Source: an uncultured Planctomycetota bacterium (GTDB lineage Bacteria > Planctomycetota > Planctomycetia > Pirellulales > Lacipirellulaceae). Taken from it: 64,000 bases of DNA. Where the stretch lies: contig CAWIXI010000019.1 of assembly GCA_963840025.1 (NCBI GenBank), positions 44,485-108,484 of the forward strand, in the 5' to 3' direction. How positions within the stretch are numbered: position 1 is the stretch's first letter; each line of letters opens with the position of its first letter. The notes below the pieces were generated by a model that saw nothing but the letters and a program-made list of their open reading frames with translations, was not told where the DNA came from and made no database searches. Both the position numbers and the translations under genes were made by a program. Shown in pieces: positions 23,136 through 34,008 of the stretch.

Positions 23136-26100
23136 GTGAGGGCGGACATGCGATTCCTTGACTTGCGACTTGCGATTCTTCTCGGGTGCCTCCTGTTTGC
23201 GGCAAACAAGGCGGTGGCGCAGCCACTGATAGACGACAAATTTGACGACGGCGATGTGACCACCAACACCTTAGGCAACGGCTCGGGCTGGAATCGCCGG
23301 GGATTCGGCGGCAGCATCCTCACCGAATCCGGCGGCGTGCTCGACTTGAGCCTGAATAACAGTGCCAACGCAGGCGCACTGCTTTCGAAGGAGACGTTCA
23401 GTGCCAACGGCGCTCAAACCATGTACGGCGAATTCACGTTTACCGAGATGGTCCGTCCTGACGCTCGGCCGGAGCCTCCAACAACGCCGGCACGTCTCGG
23501 TGGTCGTCCGGGTTCTACGACAACAGTTCAGACCCCGACTCCGGACGGCTTTGACTCATTCGCGAACGCGGGCCAGCGATCGGGCTTGTATGTCTCCTTT
23601 AAAGTGCGCTCGGACGATTTCGGGATACCCATCAACGGTGATCAGGGGGCTTTGTATTACACTACGTATGACGGATCGACGTTTACGCCAAACTTGTTGG
23701 CGAGCTGGACCTGGGACCGCTCGGTTTTTCAATTATGCGGAGGATGAGCTCGCAGCCGGCTTGCGGAGCGATCGCGTCCCGCAGGACCTGATCGTTTCTG
23801 ATCTTCGGGCAGAACTCGGGGCAAATTCGACGGGCTATAGCCTCAAATTCTTCTCCAGTGACGATAGCGCCGTCCTGCCGGCAGACATTTCCGGTACTTG
23901 GGCCGACGCCGGGATCACGGACCTGTCGGCCTTGGACGTCGGTTCGCGCCGACGGATTTGATGGACAAAATGGACAAAACACAGATATCAAGATCGACCG
24001 CATCTACGTCGATGATGCGCCTCAGCGCGACGCCGACTACTCAGGCCAGCTGTTCACCTGGGGCCAGCGCACAAACAATAGCGGCAATTGGAGCGACACC
24101 GATGCCTGGAAGAAGGGCGGTGTCGATACGACAAGCCATCCGATCGTAGTCACGGCGGTTCGCAGCCGCCGATGCGGCGGAAGTGGTCGGCGGCACGGTC
24201 CACGTCAATGCCGACCAAGGGGCCTGGACGCTGCAAATCGACAACGGCGCCACGGCCAATATCGCCAGCGGCAAAACGCTCGAGATCATTGAAAACGAGT
24301 CCAATAGTGCCACGAATATCCTGGGCGGCGGCAATTTGGTGCTCGGCGGAACTCTCATCACGCCCACGATCGGCGGCGCCGGCAACGTCTCGTTTGCGAA
24401 CGGAACCTTGCGCGTTGATCACGGGTCGTTCGCGTCGCTGACCACTTCCAGCGACGCCACGGTGTCCAACGCCAGCGAAGTGAGCGTTGGACAAGCAACC
24501 CTCGGCGCAGGCGACACGCTGTTCAAGCAACGAGGCCGGGACGCTCATTCTGAGCCAGTCCGGCGGGGCCAACAGCTTGGCAGCCACTTCGGCGATCGAC
24601 GTGCAGAAGGGCACCGTCGCCGGCGTGAACGATGCGACCCACAACGCGTTCAGCTCGGCGAGCATCAGTCTCAACGGCGGCAATCTGACGCTCAGCGCCA
24701 GTGCGGGTAGTTCCGCGGCCTTCGACTCGGCGATTGCAGCCAACGAGTCGGGTGAGATCCACGCCGCGCAGGTGACCGGTGGGTTGGCCGGCCAAACCGT
24801 GACGCTCGGCGGTACCAAGAGCTTCACCATTGCGACCGACAAAACGGTTATCCTGCGGACTTTGGACGGCTACACCATGAACGTGGCGGGCCCCGCGTCT
24901 GGCGACGGCACACTCAGCATCGGCGACGGCGCCAAGGTCAACCTCACCGGGTCGGTGACGACCAAATACGTCGGTTTCAGAGGAGATATTAGCAACGTCG
25001 GTGTTGGAGGCGGCGTCGTGCCCGGCGAAGCGTTCCGATTCGTACCCGTCGCAACGACACCCGACATGAATGCGACCTTCGCGATGGGAGGCGGCGCCGG
25101 TGTGGTTCTCGAAGGCGAGGTGAACGGCTCGCTCAGGCTGTCTAACAGCTCGAATAGTTACACGGGCACCACGAGGATCTTGCGCAGGCGCTGATTCCCG
25201 ATTCCGCCCTACCCGGCGACTACAACGGTGATTCAGTCGTCAACTCGTCCGATTACGACGCCTGGAAAGCGAGCTTTGGCAGTTCCGTGGCCCCAGGGTC
25301 GGGTGCCGATGGCAACGGCAACGGCGTCGTGGACGCCGCCGATTACACCGTCTGGCGTGACCATCAGGGCAATTCCGGCGGCGGGAGCGGCTTGCCAGCG
25401 GCTTCTTTGCTGCAGTTCGAGGGCGGCGGCGTAACTGAAGTCGCGGTCCTGCAAACCAGTCACGATTTTGCGCGAAATATCGGTACCGCGGCGGGGGAGG
25501 TGAACTGGGTCGCGCGGGCGGCTTTGCCGCGGCGGGAGGCGGCACGGTGAATGTCACCCTCGAGGGGGTGCCGGCCTGGTTTGGGATAGCGCCACGGCTG
25601 GCTTCAACGGTCAAAACTTGAAGTTCGGATCCGGAACGGCCAATGGCCGAGTGGTGTTGACCAACAACATCGATTTGAACAACGCCCAGCGGTTTATCCA
25701 ACTTACCGACAACCCGGATGTAGATACGGACGTCGCCGAGATTTCCGGGGTGATATCTACCTCGACGGGCACGGACGATAACCTCACCATCCGCGGACAG
25801 GCGGATTTCCCAGTGGCAGGCTTACTAGTTTTGTCGGGTCACAACACCTTCCATACGCTGCAGATCGGCGAAAATACGGTGCAGGCCGTCGATAGCGTGG
25901 GTCTGCCATCCACGGCAAACCTGGTGTTGCGGGCCAGCACGACGAGCAGTTTGCCGGCGGTCTTCGCCACCAGCAACGCCGCCAACGGGCACGCGTTTAA
26001 TCGCAACATTGGCGCCGGCGCTGGTGAGGTACAGTGGGGCGCGAATGGGGCTGGCGGTTTCGCGGCCGTCGGTGGCGATTTGACCGTGACGCTCGAAGGA

Positions 26101-27207
26101 GGGGCCGATCTGACATGGGCCGACCCCGACACCGGCTTCAACGGCGCATCCTCAATCGTTCAACTCGGTTCCAACGTGGCCACCGGCGTGACGACGTTTA
26201 CCAACAACGTTTCTGCTAGCAACACCGTCGAGTATTTTGAAACCTTCGACAATCCACTGTCGAACGCCGACCGTGTGGTCATATCCGGCAATTACACGGG
26301 TGCAAGTAACTTCCGTGTTGACGGTGACGGCGTGGTGGAATTGAACGGCAATATAAGCATGAGCAACAACTTGGTCCTGGTGGACAATCCGTTTGACGGC
26401 GTCCTGAATGCTCAGATCAACGGAACCATGCTCGTTGGCAATAACATGAGCCTTGACATCTCTGGTGCTCGCGCCTTTGTCAACGGGACGGCTTCGGTGG
26501 ATAACCTACTCCAAGACCGAGTTGGCAACACGCTCGGCGGCAGCGGGACAATTAAGATGATCGACGACGAAGACACCGGCGGCGGCAGCCAGCAGGCCCA
26601 AATTCAGGGCACGCTCAACCCCGGTTCCGATTTCGACAAAGTTGGCAAGCTGACGTTCGACCTCACCGCCTCGCCGAACGACCCCAGCGCCGGCGAAGTT
26701 CGGTTCCAAAATGGCTCCTTCTACGAGATGGAGTTTGAAAACGATGGCGGGGTAAAGCATGACACGACTGACATCAAGTGCACCAACCAGATCGGTTTGA
26801 TTCAGTTGGGCCTCGCCACCGACGAAACGTGGAATCTCGTGCTCGACGCCCTCGATGACATGACAGGGCTGGTCAGCGGGTCTGATGAGTTTGACCTGCT
26901 GACCTGGGACGGCAACAATGATTTCGCAATTAACGGTACGGTCGAAGGCGCTAGCACGTCTGGATTGGTCGACAACGTCGTGCTCAGTTCCACTGGTGGG
27001 TTCGACGTGAACAGCGCAACAGTCCATTTTGAGGTTGCGGGTGATTTTTCCGGCCGCGTGTATGTTACCGGATTGGCTGCCGCTAGTGGCGCCGGTGCGT
27101 TGGCCGGAGGGCAGGTTCCGGAACCGGCAGGCTGCATGTTGGCAGTGGTTGCGGCAGTTGCGGTTCTGGTGGGGAGCCGCCGCTACGGAAGGCTCCTCGA
27201 AGCCTGA
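23136..27207 (+). pseudogene. giant (~1350 aa) secreted surface protein: LamG-like N-terminus, autotransporter-associated beta-strand (PATR) repeats, internal dockerin-like segment, PEP-CTERM anchor; about seven frame breaks
   Basis: The signal peptide MRFLDLRLAILLGCLLFAANKAVAQ is in ORF 23136..23747. Further fragments come from ORFs 23362..23961, 23858..24292, 24183..24710, 24487..25194 (...SNSYTGTTRI), 25287..25550 (GDYNGDSVVNSSDYDAWKASFG...DGNGNGVVDAADYTVWRDHQG) and 25618..27207. The last ends QVPEPAGCMLAVVAAVAVLVGSRRYGRLLEA. Frame changes lie near 23715, 23945, 24160, 24530, 25180, 25512 and 25566. Confidence 0.7.
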
Positions 27208-27368
27208 GATCGTGAGTCGGCAGCGGTTGGCTCGGGGGCGGTCGAAAGACGCATGGGGCAGCGCCCGAGCCAGTCGCGCCGGCTGCACGAAGCTGTCGCG
27301 ACCGGCGCGAATGGGGAACAGAGCGAGTTGTACCGGTTGATGACAGCTTGACGGCTGAGGGAGCGGTG

Positions 27369-28525
27369 ATGAAACGCAATTCGCTCACGGTTCGGGCTCC
27401 ACGTCGCTCATGCGGTTTCACGCTTATTGAGTTGTTGGTGGTGATCGCCATCATCGGCATCCTGGTCGCCTTGCTGCTGCCTGCGGTGCAGTCGGCGCGA
27501 GAAGCGGCACGCAGGACCCAGTGCGCGAACCAACTGCGGCAACTGGCGTTGGGATGCCTGACCTTCGAGTCGTCCCGCAAGTATCTCCCGCCCATCGCGG
27601 TCATGCGCCCCGGCATGAAGCCCTCGGAAAGTCATGCGGGCTACGACTTGATGTCGGAGGAAATCCTGGTCCGGAACGCCGAGAATAAGCGCGGCCACAG
27701 TTGGATCGTCGAGATTCTTCCTCAGATTGAAGAGCAGGGCCTCGCCGATCGCTACGACAAGACGGTCAGCCCGCTGCAGAACATTGTGGATAACCATTTC
27801 GAGATCGTGGACATTCCCGGACTCTATTGCCCGTCGCGGCGGCGGGGGGTCGAGTCACCGGATCAGCAATACATGCTGCTGACGTTCCAGGGGCCCGAAG
27901 AAGGGCCAAATCCTTTGTCCCAACTCAATCTGCCGCCTGTCGGCGGGACGGACTATGGGGCGGTGATCGGCGCCGGGAATTGCTACGACAATTTGGGTTA
28001 CAAGGGAATGTTCCTCGGGTACATCTGCGTGGGCGTAACCGGTGCGGCTGCGGGGCCGATGATGCCTGATCAGGAAGGAAGGGGAGCCAAGTTAAAGGCC
28101 ATCATCGACGGAGCGAGTCATACCATTCTGCTCGGCGAATTGCAGCGGCTTTGGGCCTCCAGCGACGACCCGCGTTTTCCTGGCAACGGGCGCGACGGGT
28201 ACCCCTCGGCGCGGAGTGTGGATGGCTGGCTCTTCGGCGGCAGCCCGACGAGTTTCGATGGTCAGATCTCCGTTACTTCGGACCTTGAAGAAAACCGATA
28301 TTTGGCCGGCGGCGTGAACTCGTGGTTCTTTGAGCACGCCGGCAGCGAGCACCCGGGCGGCGCCAATTCGCGTTCACTGATGGGTCGATACGCTTCCTCA
28401 GCGAGAATGCGGACCCACTGATCCTGATGGCGGAAACGACGCGAGGGGGTGGCGAATTGGAGGCCGGCGACCTTACAGCAACGCTCAGTTCGCTGTTCAC
28501 CACCGTAACGGGAGGGCGGCGATAG
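27369..28525 (+). pseudogene. DUF1559 / H-X9-DG pseudopilin-like protein, array copy 1, one frame break near the C-terminus
   Basis: [52 protein letters not shown]...[13 protein letters not shown]...EHPGGAN is in ORF 27348..28421. After a missing T near 28366-28372 the tail reads [31 protein letters not shown]...GGRR and stops at 28523-28525. Confidence 0.85.
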
Positions 28526-28917
28526 TGAATCGTCTCTGCGGTTGCTCGGCGATCCTGGCCGCTTGTCTAGTGGCTGGCGGCTGCAGCAAATCCGGCGACC
28601 GGCCGGACCTTGGCGAAGTCACCGGCGTGGTAACCCTCGATGGAGAGCCATTGGCGAATGCGAGTATCTCGTTTACCGAACCAGGCTTCCGTTCCTCTGT
28701 CGGCAAAACCGACAGTGAGGGACGGTATGAACTGATATACATCCGCGACATCAAGGGCGCCGCGGTCGGGACGCACACCGTAAGGATCAAGTGTTTCGCG
28801 GAACCAGGGCAGCACGTTAAACAAGTCCCAAGGAAATACAATGACGAGTCGGAGCTCACCCAAGAGGTGAAACCCGGCCAAAATGTCATCAATTTCAATT
28901 TGAAATCGAATTCGTGA
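28525..28917 (+). CDS. small lipoprotein with carboxypeptidase-regulatory-like domain; DUF1559 partner
   Basis: Intact 130-aa ORF. Its GTG start overlaps the upstream TAG by 1 nt. It has a signal peptide ending LVAGGC and [48 protein letters not shown]. Confidence 0.75.
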   Translation: MNRLCGCSAILAACLVAGGCSKSGDRPDLGEVTGVVTLDGEPLANASISFTEPGFRSSVGKTDSEGRYELIYIRDIKGAAVGTHTVRIKCFAEPGQHVKQVPRKYNDESELTQEVKPGQNVINFNLKSNS

Positions 28918-29048
28918 TGTCCGGGCCTGCTTTCGGGAATAATCGGTTCCAAGGACAGGGAGATGATATGATGTTTCAGCACCGTGGGGAGCTAATACAT
29001 CGGCAAGGCAATCGATGCTTCGCCGAATTGCCAACGGGTTATTGTTGT

Positions 29049-29160
29049 CCGTTCAGCGGTGAGGAGATGGCAAAAATGACCAGACTGCGAAATCCTCGAA
29101 GTGGCGGCGGTTTCACGCTTATTGAGCTGTTGGTGGTGATCGCCATCATCGGCATCTTGG
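29049..29160 (+). repeat. near-identical 112-nt duplicated segment (leader + 5' coding region of DUF1559 copies 2 and 3), copy A
   Basis: CCGTTCAGCGGTGAGGAGATGGCAAAAATGACCAGACTGCGAAATCCTCG...CATCGGCATCTTGG matches 30451..30562 with 2 mismatches (manual alignment). Weaker similarity extends about 30 nt upstream and through the whole gene. Confidence 0.8.
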
Positions 29161-30245
29161 TGGCCTTGCTGCTGCCGGCTGTGCAAGCGGCGCGCGAAGC
29201 GGCACGCAGAACCCAGTGCGCAAATCAGCTGCGGCAACTCGCGTTGGCGTGCATGAACTTCGAGTCGGGCCACAAGTACTTCCCGCCCTTCGCCGTGATG
29301 GGTTTCGGTTTAGGTTCCTAGCCACCGCCCGGAACACCCGAACTGCTGGCCGAGATGGTGTCCGTCGACCAAGAGGGGCGGCGTGGCCACAGCTGGATCG
29401 TCGAGATTCTCCCGGAGATGGAACATCAGGCCCTCGCCGACCGGTACGACAAAAGGTTCAGCCCGCTGCACAATATTATGCGGAACAACTTCGTGATCAC
29501 CGATCTCCCCGAGCTCTATTGCCCGTCGCGGCGGTCATCCGTCGAGACGCCGCAACAACAGTACATGCTGATGACCGTCGAGGCGCCCGACAAGAGTTCA
29601 GACCCCCTTACGAAGCTGAATATCGTGGTCGGCGGCACCGACTACGGGGCGGCGGTCGCCGCGGGGAACTGTTACGCCAATCAGGCTAAGACAAGCTTCC
29701 ACTTCGGGCGTAATAGCGTCGGGAATGGTGGTTTGGCGGCGAGCCCGATGACGCCGCTCGGGCCGGGCAATGGGGCGAGCATAAACAAAATTACCGACGG
29801 CACGAGCGAGACGTTGCTGCTCGGTGAGCTGCAAAGGATCTGGGCGGAAAAGAGACGACCCCCGTTTCTCGGGCGGGTCTGGTCCCGCGGGCTTCATTGC
29901 CGGGCGCAGTAGTGACGGTTGGGTCTTTGGCGGCGGCGGGACAACTTTTGGTGCCGAGGTATCGACCGTGATTAGTGGTCTTGGCGAAGAGAGATCCACA
30001 GCGGGTGGCCTCAACAGTTGGTTCTGGGAGCACGCGGGCAGTGAGCACCCGGGCGGTGCCCATCTCGCTTATGCGGATGGCTCGGTCCACTTCGTCAGCG
30101 AGAACCTGGACCCATTGATCTTGATGGCACAGGCGTCGCGCCCGGGGGCGAAGTTGTCTCCGGTGATTCGTCTGCTGGCCTTGAGAATGCCATCCAAGCG
30201 CTGTTCACACCCCCGAGCAGTGATCCAACTGGAGGGCGACGGTGA
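29067..30245 (+). pseudogene. DUF1559 / H-X9-DG pseudopilin-like protein, array copy 2: in-frame TAG plus two frame breaks; downstream lipoprotein gene missing
   Basis: [51 protein letters not shown] is followed by an in-frame TAG at 29319-29321 that separates ORF 28914..29321 from ORF 29355..29912, both in the same frame. Breaks lie near 29845 and at the G-run 30144-30148. The corrected tail EHPGGAHLAYADGSVHFVSENLDPLILMAQASRPGGEVVSG...TGGRR stops at 30243-30245. Confidence 0.8.
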
Positions 30246-30450
30246 TCTTGGCGAAAGTTCGATGGTGGTTGGTTGAAGTAGCGGACGCTTGGCGCAGCCT
30301 GTCCGGCTGGCTGCTAGATAGTGTCCGTGGACGGTTCGGTGCATATCATTTGCATAGGACGTGGCTGAGGCGATCTTCCGTAATTTTGGGCAATGGACAC
30401 AACGGCCAGTCGATCGATTCTTCGGCGAATTGCCAATGGGTCAATGTTAT

Positions 30451-30562
30451 CCGTTCAGCGGTGAGGAGATGGCAAAAATGACCAGACTGCGAAATCCTCG
30501 GAGCGGCGGCGGTTTCACGCTTATTGAGCTGTTGGTGGTGATCGCCATCATCGGCATCTTGG
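30451..30562 (+). repeat. near-identical 112-nt duplicated segment, copy B
   Basis: See 29049..29160: 110 of 112 nt are identical by manual alignment. Confidence 0.8.
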
Positions 30563-31648
30563 TTGCCTTGCTGCTGCCGGCGGTGCAGGCGGCAGCGCGA
30601 AGCCGCCCGCCGCTCCCAGTGCTCGAATCAGCTTCGACAGCTGGCATTAGGGTGCCTAAACTTCGAATCGGCCCACAAATACCTCCCGCCCGTGATGGTG
30701 ATGGACGCCGATTTCAATCTTAACGGGAAGACACCGGGCCACGGCTTGAAGAAAGAGATGATGACCTTGGACCAAGAGGGCAAGCGTGGCCACAGTTGGA
30801 TCGTCGAAATACTTCCTCAGATCGAGCAGCAGGGCCTCGCCGATCGCTACGACAAGAAGTTCAGCCCGTTGCACAACATTATGCGGAACAACTTCGAGAT
30901 CGTGGATATCCCTGGACTCTATTGCCCGTCGCGGCGGCACGGGGTCGAAACACCGGAGCAGCAATATATGTTGCTGACTTTCCGCGGGCCCGGCCAAGAC
31001 AACGACGACCTCGCGAAACTTAATATTACGGTCGGCGGAACCGATTACGGGGCGGCGATTGCCGCGGGGAATTGCGAGGGAAACACAAGCAAGGATCCCC
31101 TGATCGGATACGCGTGTGTCGGCGTGACCGGCGCTGCGGCAAGTCCGATGACTCCCCTTCGCCGGGGCGAAGGGTCAAGCCTGGCAAAGGTAACCGATGG
31201 GACGAGCCATACTCTTATGCTGGGGGAGCTGCAGAGGATTTGGGCGGCGGACGATGACCCCCGCTTCGCCGGCCAGAGCGGAGACGCGGGGGTTGTCTCG
31301 GGACGCAGTGATGATGGTTGGGTCTTCGGTGGGTCAACGACGATGTTCACGACGTCGGTCACAACGACGATCGACGGTGTTGGCGATACGAGAGACTCGC
31401 CCGGCGGCCTCAATGACTGGTTTTTCGAGCACCCTGGCAGCGACCACGTAGGAGGGGCCCATCTCGCTTACGCGGATGGCTCGGTTCACTTCGTCAGTGA
31501 GAACGTCGACCCGCTGATTTTGATGGCGGAAACGACGCGAGCCGGTGGCGAACTGGCGTCCGACGAGGGGGCCGTGGGGAACATCGCGGTCGATCTCGAA
31601 GCGTTGTTCACGCCCCCGAGTGATGGTCCAGGTGGAGGGCGACGCTAG
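30469..31648 (+). pseudogene. DUF1559 / H-X9-DG pseudopilin-like protein, array copy 3, one frame break
   Basis: [42 protein letters not shown] is in ORF 30361..30723. [25 protein letters not shown]...[13 protein letters not shown]...[38 protein letters not shown]...GGGRR is in ORF 30563..31648. An extra G lies near 30594. Confidence 0.85.
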
Positions 31649-32073
31649 TGGGTGCCGCGAAGAACAGCCGCGGTTGGCGACATTGCTGCGTCGCATTGGT
31701 GGTATTCGCCGGCTGTCTGACCGTCGGCGGTTGCCGTACCGGCGCGGGCGACAGGCCGGACCTCGGCGAAGTCACTGGCGTGGTAACTCTCGATGGCGCG
31801 CCACTCCCGGATGCGAGCGTTTCATTCACCCAGCCTGGTTTCCGCTCGTCCGTCGGCAAGACTGACAGCCAAGGACGGTACGAACTGATTTACATCCGCG
31901 ACGTCAAAGGCGCCGCCGTCGGGACGCACGTCGTAAAGATCAAATTATTTAAGCAGAATGGGGGACAAGCGGACCAGCTACTTCCGAGCCGGTACAACTC
32001 CAAATCGGAACTCTCCCGAGAAGTCAAGCCCGGCCCAAACGTGTTCAACTTCGATCTAAAATCAAGTCCCTGA
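31648..32073 (+). CDS. small lipoprotein with carboxypeptidase-regulatory-like domain; DUF1559 partner
   Basis: Intact 141-aa ORF. Its GTG start overlaps the upstream TAG by 1 nt. It has a signal peptide ending LTVGGC and [48 protein letters not shown]. Confidence 0.75.
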   Translation: MGAAKNSRGWRHCCVALVVFAGCLTVGGCRTGAGDRPDLGEVTGVVTLDGAPLPDASVSFTQPGFRSSVGKTDSQGRYELIYIRDVKGAAVGTHVVKIKLFKQNGGQADQLLPSRYNSKSELSREVKPGPNVFNFDLKSSP

Positions 32074-33235
32074 TGGCGGAGCACCACGGCACAACGACAC
32101 TTTGCGGGGAAGCGATGAAAGAGTGCAATTCCGATCGATTTCGAGATACCGGCCGTCGTGGTTTCACGTTGATCGAGCTGTTGGTGGTAATCGCCATCAT
32201 TGGCATTCTCGTGGCGCTGCTATTACCTGCTGTCCAAGCCGCACGCGAGGCGGCCCGTCGCGCTCAATGTAAAAACAATCTCAAACAGCTCGGCATCGGT
32301 GCTTTAAATCACGAAAGCGCCTTCAAATTTTTGCCCACGGGCGGGTGGGGTTGGAAGTGGACAGGCGATCCCGACCGGGGCTATGGCTTGGATCAACCCG
32401 GCGGATGGTACTACAACATTTTGAAGTTCATTGAGGAAGGACCCATCCGTGACTTGGGCAAGGACGGCCAACCAGATGTGCTGACCCAACAGCAGATTGA
32501 CGGCACCTACGAAGCAGTCCAAACGGGAGTCAGTTGGTTTATGTGCCCGAGCCGTCGCGGCGCGGCGGTCTATCCTTTGGATCCGGCGACAGGCGGTTAT
32601 CTCACGGTGGGCAACAAAAAGCCGCCCGTCGTCGGGCGGAACGATTACGCTGCGAACACCGGCGACCGGTACAATGCAAGCACCTTGGCCAATACGGGAC
32701 CGGGCCTCCAAGGGAATCAGATTGTTAATCCCGACATCAGCAATTACGGCGCTAACCAGCGCACTTTGACGCGCCAGGACTCGGAAGAACGGCGGGTGTC
32801 GAAGGGGGTACGGGTGTGGTTCATGCATTTAGTATCATTAAGCTGGCACAAATCACCGACGGCGCATCGCACACGATTTTTGCCGGCGAGAAGTATATTC
32901 CTGCAGACAAGTACGACACCGGGTATGGCGATTTGAACCAGGGCAACGATCAGGGCTGGGATGAAGGCTGGGACATTGACAACTGTCGATGGACATTTCT
33001 CGCGCCTCGTCCCGATTCGTTTCGTTGGGTCGACGCAAGTGGCAACGACATCCCCGACACCAACAGCGACGGCTGGCTCAGATACCGTGCGTTTGGCTCG
33101 GCCCACCCCACTGGTTGCCAATTCGTGTTTGTCGATGGATCGGTGCATACCATTTCCTATGACGTGGACGAAGTTTTGTTCAAAAATCTGGGAAATCGAC
33201 AAGACGGCGAGCCGATTAACGATTCCGATTTGTAA
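32073..33235 (+). pseudogene. DUF1559 / H-X9-DG pseudopilin-like protein, array copy 4 (divergent paralogue), one frame break
   Basis: ATG 32073 overlaps the upstream TGA by 1 nt (alternative start ATG 32115). [47 protein letters not shown] is in ORF 32073..32936. [28 protein letters not shown]...AHPTGCQFVFVDGSVHTI (H-x9-DG) is in ORF 32816..33235. The break lies near 32775-32810. Confidence 0.8.
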
Positions 33236-33312
33236 GCACCTGGTTTCGAGGGCCGCCGTCACGCTCCGCGAGTTGGGTTGGTCAGTCCGATCGCACATAC
33301 GTTAGGGCAACT

Positions 33313-34008
33313 ATGGCGACAAGACGGCAGTTCTTAGAGACCGGGGCGTTTTGTCTCGCGGCGGGATTTATTACGCGGGTGGCATCGGCAGATGAGTCCA
33401 CCGGGTTGCCAAGGGCATTGCTGCTCGGCGATTCCATCTCGATCGGCTACACAGACTTCGTGATCGGAATGTTGTGGGGAAAGGTGTCGGTTGCCCGGCC
33501 CTTGAACCCCAAAGGCAACTACGAGAATTGTGAAGGAACCACCAAGGGCATCGCCAAGATCGATGATTGGCTTGGCAACGGCGACTGGGATGTGATCCAT
33601 TTCAATTTCGGGCTCCACGATTTGAAGCATGTGGATGGGAAAACAGGCAGAAATAGCAGGAATCCTCAGGACCCTCAGCAAGCGACTTTAGACCAATACG
33701 AAAAGAATTTGCAGCAGATCGTAGCCAAGCTGGTCGCCACGAAGGCCAAGTTGATCTTTGCTACCACGACCCCTTTCCTCGCCAACCCCGGCGGACCGTG
33801 GCGTGACGCCGATCAGCCGCAGAAATACAACGAGGTTGCGATCCCAATCATGAAGCGCAACGGAGTCGCAATCGATGATCTGTATGGTTTCGCGCTGCCC
33901 CATATCAATGAGTTCTTCCCGCGTGGAGATGTGCATCCAACCAAAGCCGGTAGTCGGGAGCTTGCACAGCAGGTGGTTGCACATATTCGAACGGCACTCC
34001 AACTATGA
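33313..34008 (+). CDS. TAT-exported SGNH/GDSL hydrolase (carbohydrate esterase-like)
   Basis: Intact 231-aa ORF with twin-arginine signal MATRRQFLETGAF...ASA, LLLGDSISIGY (block I GDS), FNFGLHD, and GDVHPTKAGSRELAQQV (D-x-x-H). Confidence 0.8.
   Translation: MATRRQFLETGAFCLAAGFITRVASADESTGLPRALLLGDSISIGYTDFVIGMLWGKVSVARPLNPKGNYENCEGTTKGIAKIDDWLGNGDWDVIHFNFGLHDLKHVDGKTGRNSRNPQDPQQATLDQYEKNLQQIVAKLVATKAKLIFATTTPFLANPGGPWRDADQPQKYNEVAIPIMKRNGVAIDDLYGFALPHINEFFPRGDVHPTKAGSRELAQQVVAHIRTALQL

Noticed and set aside
22627-23139. 170-aa ORF in the spacer before the giant surface-protein gene.
   Set aside because: No signal peptide, motif or plausible start context, and the composition looks random. 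It is kept only as an unexplained spacer in the findings.
29022-29066. Conserved leader upstream of DUF1559 copies 2 and 3 as an ECF-type promoter (GAAT/CAAC ... CCGTT).
   Set aside because: Spacing between the -35-like and CGT-like elements does not fit the AAC-N16/17-CGT pattern, and the AAC is not conserved in the second copy. The conservation is explained by recent duplication.
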